From: Clostridia bacterium 41_269
Lineage (GTDB): Bacteria; Bacillota; DTU086
Assembly (NCBI GenBank): GCA_001508005.1
Contig: LGEZ01000005.1
Location: forward strand, 10,150 to 74,149
DNA length: 64,000 bases
Direction: 5' to 3'
Shown: positions 60,305 through 64,000 of the stretch, one piece after another
Layout of the letters: each line of letters opens with the position of its first letter
How positions within the stretch are numbered: the stretch's first letter is position 1
Notes under the pieces: model-generated
What the model saw: the letters and a program-made list of their open reading frames with translations, nothing else
Databases searched by the model: none
What the model was told of the DNA's origin: nothing
Made by a program: the position numbers and the translations under genes

Positions 60305-61207
60305 TCATGACTTTTCATCAATCTTAAGGGGTATTTCAAAGCGCTTTTTAATCCATTCCACATATTTGGGATTAATTTCTATCATTACAAAATCTCTATT
60401 TAAAGCCCTGGCCACATATCCTGTGGTTCCTATACCAGCAACGGGATCTAAAATTAAACTTCCTTCATTGGTGGAAGTAAGAATTATCCTTTTTAATAAC
60501 TCAACGGGCTTCTGAGTAGAATGAACTTTTTTCCCTTCCTCATCTCTTATTCTTTCCCGCCCGCCGCAGAGGGGTAAAACCCATACATTTGCTCCTACTT
60601 TTCCTATACCAAATTCCTTTGCAAAGTCCCTATTAAATACATATTTCTTGGCGTTCTTTTCCCTTACTGCCCAAATTAAAGTTTCCGTGGCATTGGTAAA
60701 CCTTACCCCCAGCCAATTGGGCATGGGATTTGTTTTTACCCAAATAACGTCATTCAAAATCCAAAACCCCAGATCCTGCACGATCCTGCCTATTCTGAAA
60801 ATACTGTGATAAGTTCCTATGATCCAGATGGTAGCATTGGGCTTCATAACCCTTCTAACTTCAGAAAGAAGGCTGTAGATAAATCTATCGTACTCTTCAA
60901 ATGAAGAAAATTTATCCCAATCTTCATCTACACCCTCCACAACGGTTCCAACCGTCCATCTTCTCAATTCCTTTTTGGGAAGCTGGAGAAAATAAGGGGG
61001 GTCCATAAATACCATATCAAAGATACTTTCTGGCAGCTTTTTTAAAACCCTAAGGGCATCTCCTTGAATAATGGTGTTTAAAACTTCTTCTTTAGTATAA
61101 AATTCCCTTTTATCATCAATAATCACTTTTATGGGTTCATTTTCCTCGGCTTGAGCAAAGCCCCAGGTCTGGGTTTCCCCCTGCTTCTGCTTTTTTTCCA
61201 TATCCAA
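60305..61207 (-). CDS. beta-class N6-adenine DNA methyltransferase, CcrM/M.HinfI family (likely GANTC-specific), orphan
   Basis: 300 aa. Motif IV DPPY (FMDPPYFLQL) precedes motif I (ILDPVAGIGTTG). Collinear with CcrM (KPNATIWIIGTYHSIFRIG, GFWILNDVIWVKTNPMPN, VHSTQKP). No restriction gene adjacent. Confidence 0.88.
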   Translation of the reverse strand: MDMEKKQKQGETQTWGFAQAEENEPIKVIIDDKREFYTKEEVLNTIIQGDALRVLKKLPESIFDMVFMDPPYFLQLPKKELRRWTVGTVVEGVDEDWDKFSSFEEYDRFIYSLLSEVRRVMKPNATIWIIGTYHSIFRIGRIVQDLGFWILNDVIWVKTNPMPNWLGVRFTNATETLIWAVREKNAKKYVFNRDFAKEFGIGKVGANVWVLPLCGGRERIRDEEGKKVHSTQKPVELLKRIILTSTNEGSLILDPVAGIGTTGYVARALNRDFVMIEINPKYVEWIKKRFEIPLKIDEKS

Positions 61208-61285
61208 TCCCCTTCTAAAAACACTTTTCCCATAAAATATAGCAGATAAAGGAGAAAAACAGCAAAAAAGAAAAAGGCAAATGTC

Positions 61286-61765
61286 CTAACGGTGATAGGG
61301 TTCTCTATTAATAATGGTAAAGGATCTGTAAATCTGCTCCAAAAGAATAACCCGAGCCAGCTGATGAGGGAATGTAAGCTTTGACAGAGACAGCTGCCAG
61401 TGGGATCTTAAGAGAACTGAAGAACTTAAGCCCAGTGTACCCCCAACGATAAAAGTCAGGCGACTTGTACCTCCTAAAAAAAGCTGTTGCAGTCTAGATG
61501 CAAGTTTTTCAGAAGATATTTCTTCTCCTGATATATTTAGAGCTATAACATAAGTATCATCTTTAATATGTCTTATTATCCTCTCCCCTTCTGCCTCAAG
61601 GATTTTCTGTTTATCCCCCGGAGAAAGATTTGAAGGGATGGGTTCATCCTTAACTTCAATTACCTTTACCTTTGTAAATTTCTTAAGCCTTTTAAGGTAT
61701 TCATCAGCAGCTTCTTTATAAAATTTTTCTTTAATTTTTCCCACAGCAACAATACATATTTCCAT
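61286..61765 (-). CDS. rlmH: 23S rRNA (pseudouridine1915-N3)-methyltransferase RlmH
   Basis: SPOUT-fold RlmH sequence (ICIVAVGKIKEKFYKEAADEYLKRL). The true start is likely the internal Met at 61765. Confidence 0.9.
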   Translation of the reverse strand: MEICIVAVGKIKEKFYKEAADEYLKRLKKFTKVKVIEVKDEPIPSNLSPGDKQKILEAEGERIIRHIKDDTYVIALNISGEEISSEKLASRLQQLFLGGTSRLTFIVGGTLGLSSSVLLRSHWQLSLSKLTFPHQLARVILLEQIYRSFTIINREPYHR

Positions 61766-61839
61766 AATAAGCGCCTCCAAATAAAGGGGCTCCAACGTTA
61801 AACTCAGCGTTGGAGCCTGTTCTTTTCACCCTTTACTTT

Positions 61840-62991
61840 TTATTCGTTTCGGGGCATTTCTCCAAGGGTAAGGTTAAATTCCCTTCTTTTTCCATCCCTT
61901 ACAATACCAATTTTAACCCTATCCCCAACTTTATGCTTCGAAAGAGCTTCATCCAAATCAGCAAAGGTAGTAATTCTTTTACCATCAAACTCTACAATTA
62001 TGTCTTCAGGCTGTATACCGGCTTTATCCGCAGGACTTCCTGGTACCACACCTCCAACGAAAATTCCTCTAGGAATGTCGTACCATTGAGACATTTCTTC
62101 TGTAATTTCTCTGAAATTATAAATACCTATAAAGGGACGGCTCACATACCCCTTTTCAATTATCTGCTGTATTATGGGCTTGGCAACATTTATAGGAATA
62201 GCAAAGCCCATGCCTTCAACCCCTTCTTGGGCTATTTTGGCACTGTTGATGCCCACCACCTGTCCCTGCATATTAACAAGGGGACCGCCGCTGTTTCCAG
62301 GGTTAATGGCAGCGTCTGTTTGAATTAATTTAAGGGTTATTTCGCCTCCGCTGGAAGTGGGAATTGTTATCTCCCTGTTAAGAGCACTCACAACTCCCTT
62401 GGTAACAGAACGGGCAAATTCCCTACCCAGGGGATTTCCTATGGCTACTACTTCTTCCCCCACCTGAAGTTTAGAGGAGTCACCCAATACAACTTCAGGC
62501 AGCTTCCTGTTGGCATTTATTTTTATTACCGCAAGATCCGTTCTTGCATCCCGCCCCACTATTTGAGCAGAATACTGTTCATCTTCACTTAAACTAACCA
62601 TCAACCTTCTAGCTCCTGCAACAACATGATAGTTTGTAACTATGTACCCCTTTTCCCCATCTAAAATAAATCCTGTACCGCTGCTTTCGACAGGTTCCAT
62701 AAAAAAATTGCTCCCTTTAAAATTAGTAATTCCTACCACCGCAGGACCCACCTTTTGTGCAATAGCTACCACCGGCGATTTTGCCTGTATAGGAACAGTT
62801 ATGGTCCCTTCATCCTGTGAAATATCATTGGACTGCTGATCCTGCGTATAACCAGAACTGTTTTTGGAACCAAAAATTGATGGAGCTACAGCATAGGATA
62901 CAAAGCCTCCTAAAAGCGCACTCAAAAACATAAGAAGAATTATCAAAGCATAGGGTTGACGCCTTCTATAGGGTTCATCAAGATAGCTCAT
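61840..62991 (-). CDS. htrA: HtrA/DegP-family serine protease with N-terminal TM anchor and one PDZ domain
   Basis: 383 aa. Catalytic triad context (TNYHVV, D..LAVIKI, GNSGGPL) and a C-terminal PDZ. Confidence 0.9.
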   Translation of the reverse strand: MSYLDEPYRRRQPYALIILLMFLSALLGGFVSYAVAPSIFGSKNSSGYTQDQQSNDISQDEGTITVPIQAKSPVVAIAQKVGPAVVGITNFKGSNFFMEPVESSGTGFILDGEKGYIVTNYHVVAGARRLMVSLSEDEQYSAQIVGRDARTDLAVIKINANRKLPEVVLGDSSKLQVGEEVVAIGNPLGREFARSVTKGVVSALNREITIPTSSGGEITLKLIQTDAAINPGNSGGPLVNMQGQVVGINSAKIAQEGVEGMGFAIPINVAKPIIQQIIEKGYVSRPFIGIYNFREITEEMSQWYDIPRGIFVGGVVPGSPADKAGIQPEDIIVEFDGKRITTFADLDEALSKHKVGDRVKIGIVRDGKRREFNLTLGEMPRNE

Positions 62992-63032
62992 AAATTACCC
63001 TCCAATACCAAGGAAAATTTTTCAGCTTAAGT

Positions 63033-64000
63033 TTAATCAAATATATACATAGGGTCAAATTTTTTTAAGCGAAGTGCATTAGTCACAACAGATAGGGAGC
63101 TGAAAGCCATAGCTGCAGCAGCTATAATAGGTGAAAGAAATCCGGCTGCTGCAATGGGAATGCCCAAAATGTTATATACAAATGCCCAAAAAAGATTCTG
63201 CTTGATGTTTCTGTATGTGGCACGGCTTAAATTTATGCTTCCCACCACCCCCCTCAAGTCTCCTCCAACCAGGGTTATATCAGAAGTTTCAAGAGCTATA
63301 TCCGTTCCCGTTCCCACAGCTATCCCCACATGTGCAGCTGCAAGTGCTGGCGCATCATTTATTCCGTCCCCAACCATGGCAACCCTGTAACCTTCCTTCT
63401 GAAGCTTTTCAATCACAGCAGCTTTTTCTCCCGGAAGAACTTCGGCAATAATATTTTCTATCCCCACCTCTTTCCCTATGGCTTCTGCAGTTTCCTTATT
63501 GTCTCCAGTAAGCATAAAAACCTTTAACCCCATTTTTTTCAGCGCCGCCACAGCTTCTTTTGAACCTTCTTTAATGGTATCTGCCACTGCAAAAACAGCT
63601 GCTGCTTCTTCTCCTACAGACATTACCACAGCTGTTTTTCCTTCCCTTTCCAATTTAAAATAAAAATCCTTTAAAAGAGACACATCTACCCCCTGCTCTT
63701 CTATATAGCTCAGCTTTCCCACCATAACTCTCTGCCCATCTATGGTGCACCATATCCCCCGACCGGGAATGCTTTTGAAATTATCCACCTCTAAAAGTTC
63801 CAGCTTTTTCTCCTCTGCAGCTTCCACAATGGCTTTGCCAATGGGATGCTCCGAAAGCCTCTCGGCACTGGCTCCGAGAATAAGCACCTTTTCTTCTGAC
63901 ATGGAAGCGTTTTCAGGCAAAACAATATCCGTAAGTCGGGGCTTCCCCTTGGTTATGGTGCCTGTTTTATCCAGAACCACAGCATTTATCTCTCCTGCCT
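63033..64000 (-). CDS. P1B-type heavy-metal (copper-type) translocating P-type ATPase, C-terminal part. The N-terminus lies beyond the window end.
   Basis: DKTGTIT phosphorylation motif, GDGINDAPAL hinge, C-terminal ...VTNALRLKKF. The reading frame is open to position 64000. Confidence 0.9.
   Translation of the reverse strand, partial: AGEINAVVLDKTGTITKGKPRLTDIVLPENASMSEEKVLILGASAERLSEHPIGKAIVEAAEEKKLELLEVDNFKSIPGRGIWCTIDGQRVMVGKLSYIEEQGVDVSLLKDFYFKLEREGKTAVVMSVGEEAAAVFAVADTIKEGSKEAVAALKKMGLKVFMLTGDNKETAEAIGKEVGIENIIAEVLPGEKAAVIEKLQKEGYRVAMVGDGINDAPALAAAHVGIAVGTGTDIALETSDITLVGGDLRGVVGSINLSRATYRNIKQNLFWAFVYNILGIPIAAAGFLSPIIAAAAMAFSSLSVVTNALRLKKFDPMYIFD

Overview
The window is a 64 kb core-chromosome segment of a spore-forming Firmicute, probably a Clostridia-class organism. 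It has SLH-domain surface proteins, spo0F, a moderate GC content near 45% and almost all genes on the minus strand. Gene order mirrors the conserved Bacillus region murAA-ywmB-atp operon ... glyA-rpiB-ywlE-ywlD-tsaC ... prmC-prfA ... rpmE-rho ... tal-fba-ywjG-spo0F ... pyrG-argS. Several accessory insertions break that order.

No rRNA, tRNA, CRISPR array or obvious mobile element was found.

The most interesting region runs from about 16.9 to 26.4 kb. A clear cobalamin riboswitch on the minus strand heads an operon that encodes:
- a large SLH-anchored surface protein with a terpenoid-cyclase-like alpha/alpha repeat domain plus a DUF4430 domain, which I read as a bacterial counterpart of eukaryotic transcobalamin/intrinsic factor
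- a second DUF4430 membrane-tethered protein
- a complete ECF transporter with EcfT, a fused EcfA-A' and an S component

Divergently transcribed from the same intergenic region is an unusual three-gene cluster: a stand-alone ABC ATPase, a HypB/UreG/MeaB-like G3E GTPase, and a protein with an N-terminal Cys4 Fe-S domain of the corrinoid-Fe-S-protein/RnfB type. I propose it is an uncharacterised corrinoid handling or metallocentre maturation system.

Other notable items:
- an AgrC-type (HPK10) histidine kinase that appears split into a membrane part and a kinase part, with no LytTR partner
- an orphan CcrM/M.HinfI-family N6-adenine DNA methyltransferase
- an ECF sigma / zinc-finger anti-sigma pair whose anti-sigma carries a TolB-like beta-propeller
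- a MarR-controlled MFS efflux pump with two membrane-fusion proteins
- a block of metal transporters (MntP, ZIP, CPA antiporter, ChrA pair, CorA)
- several perfect palindromes and tandem repeats in promoter regions
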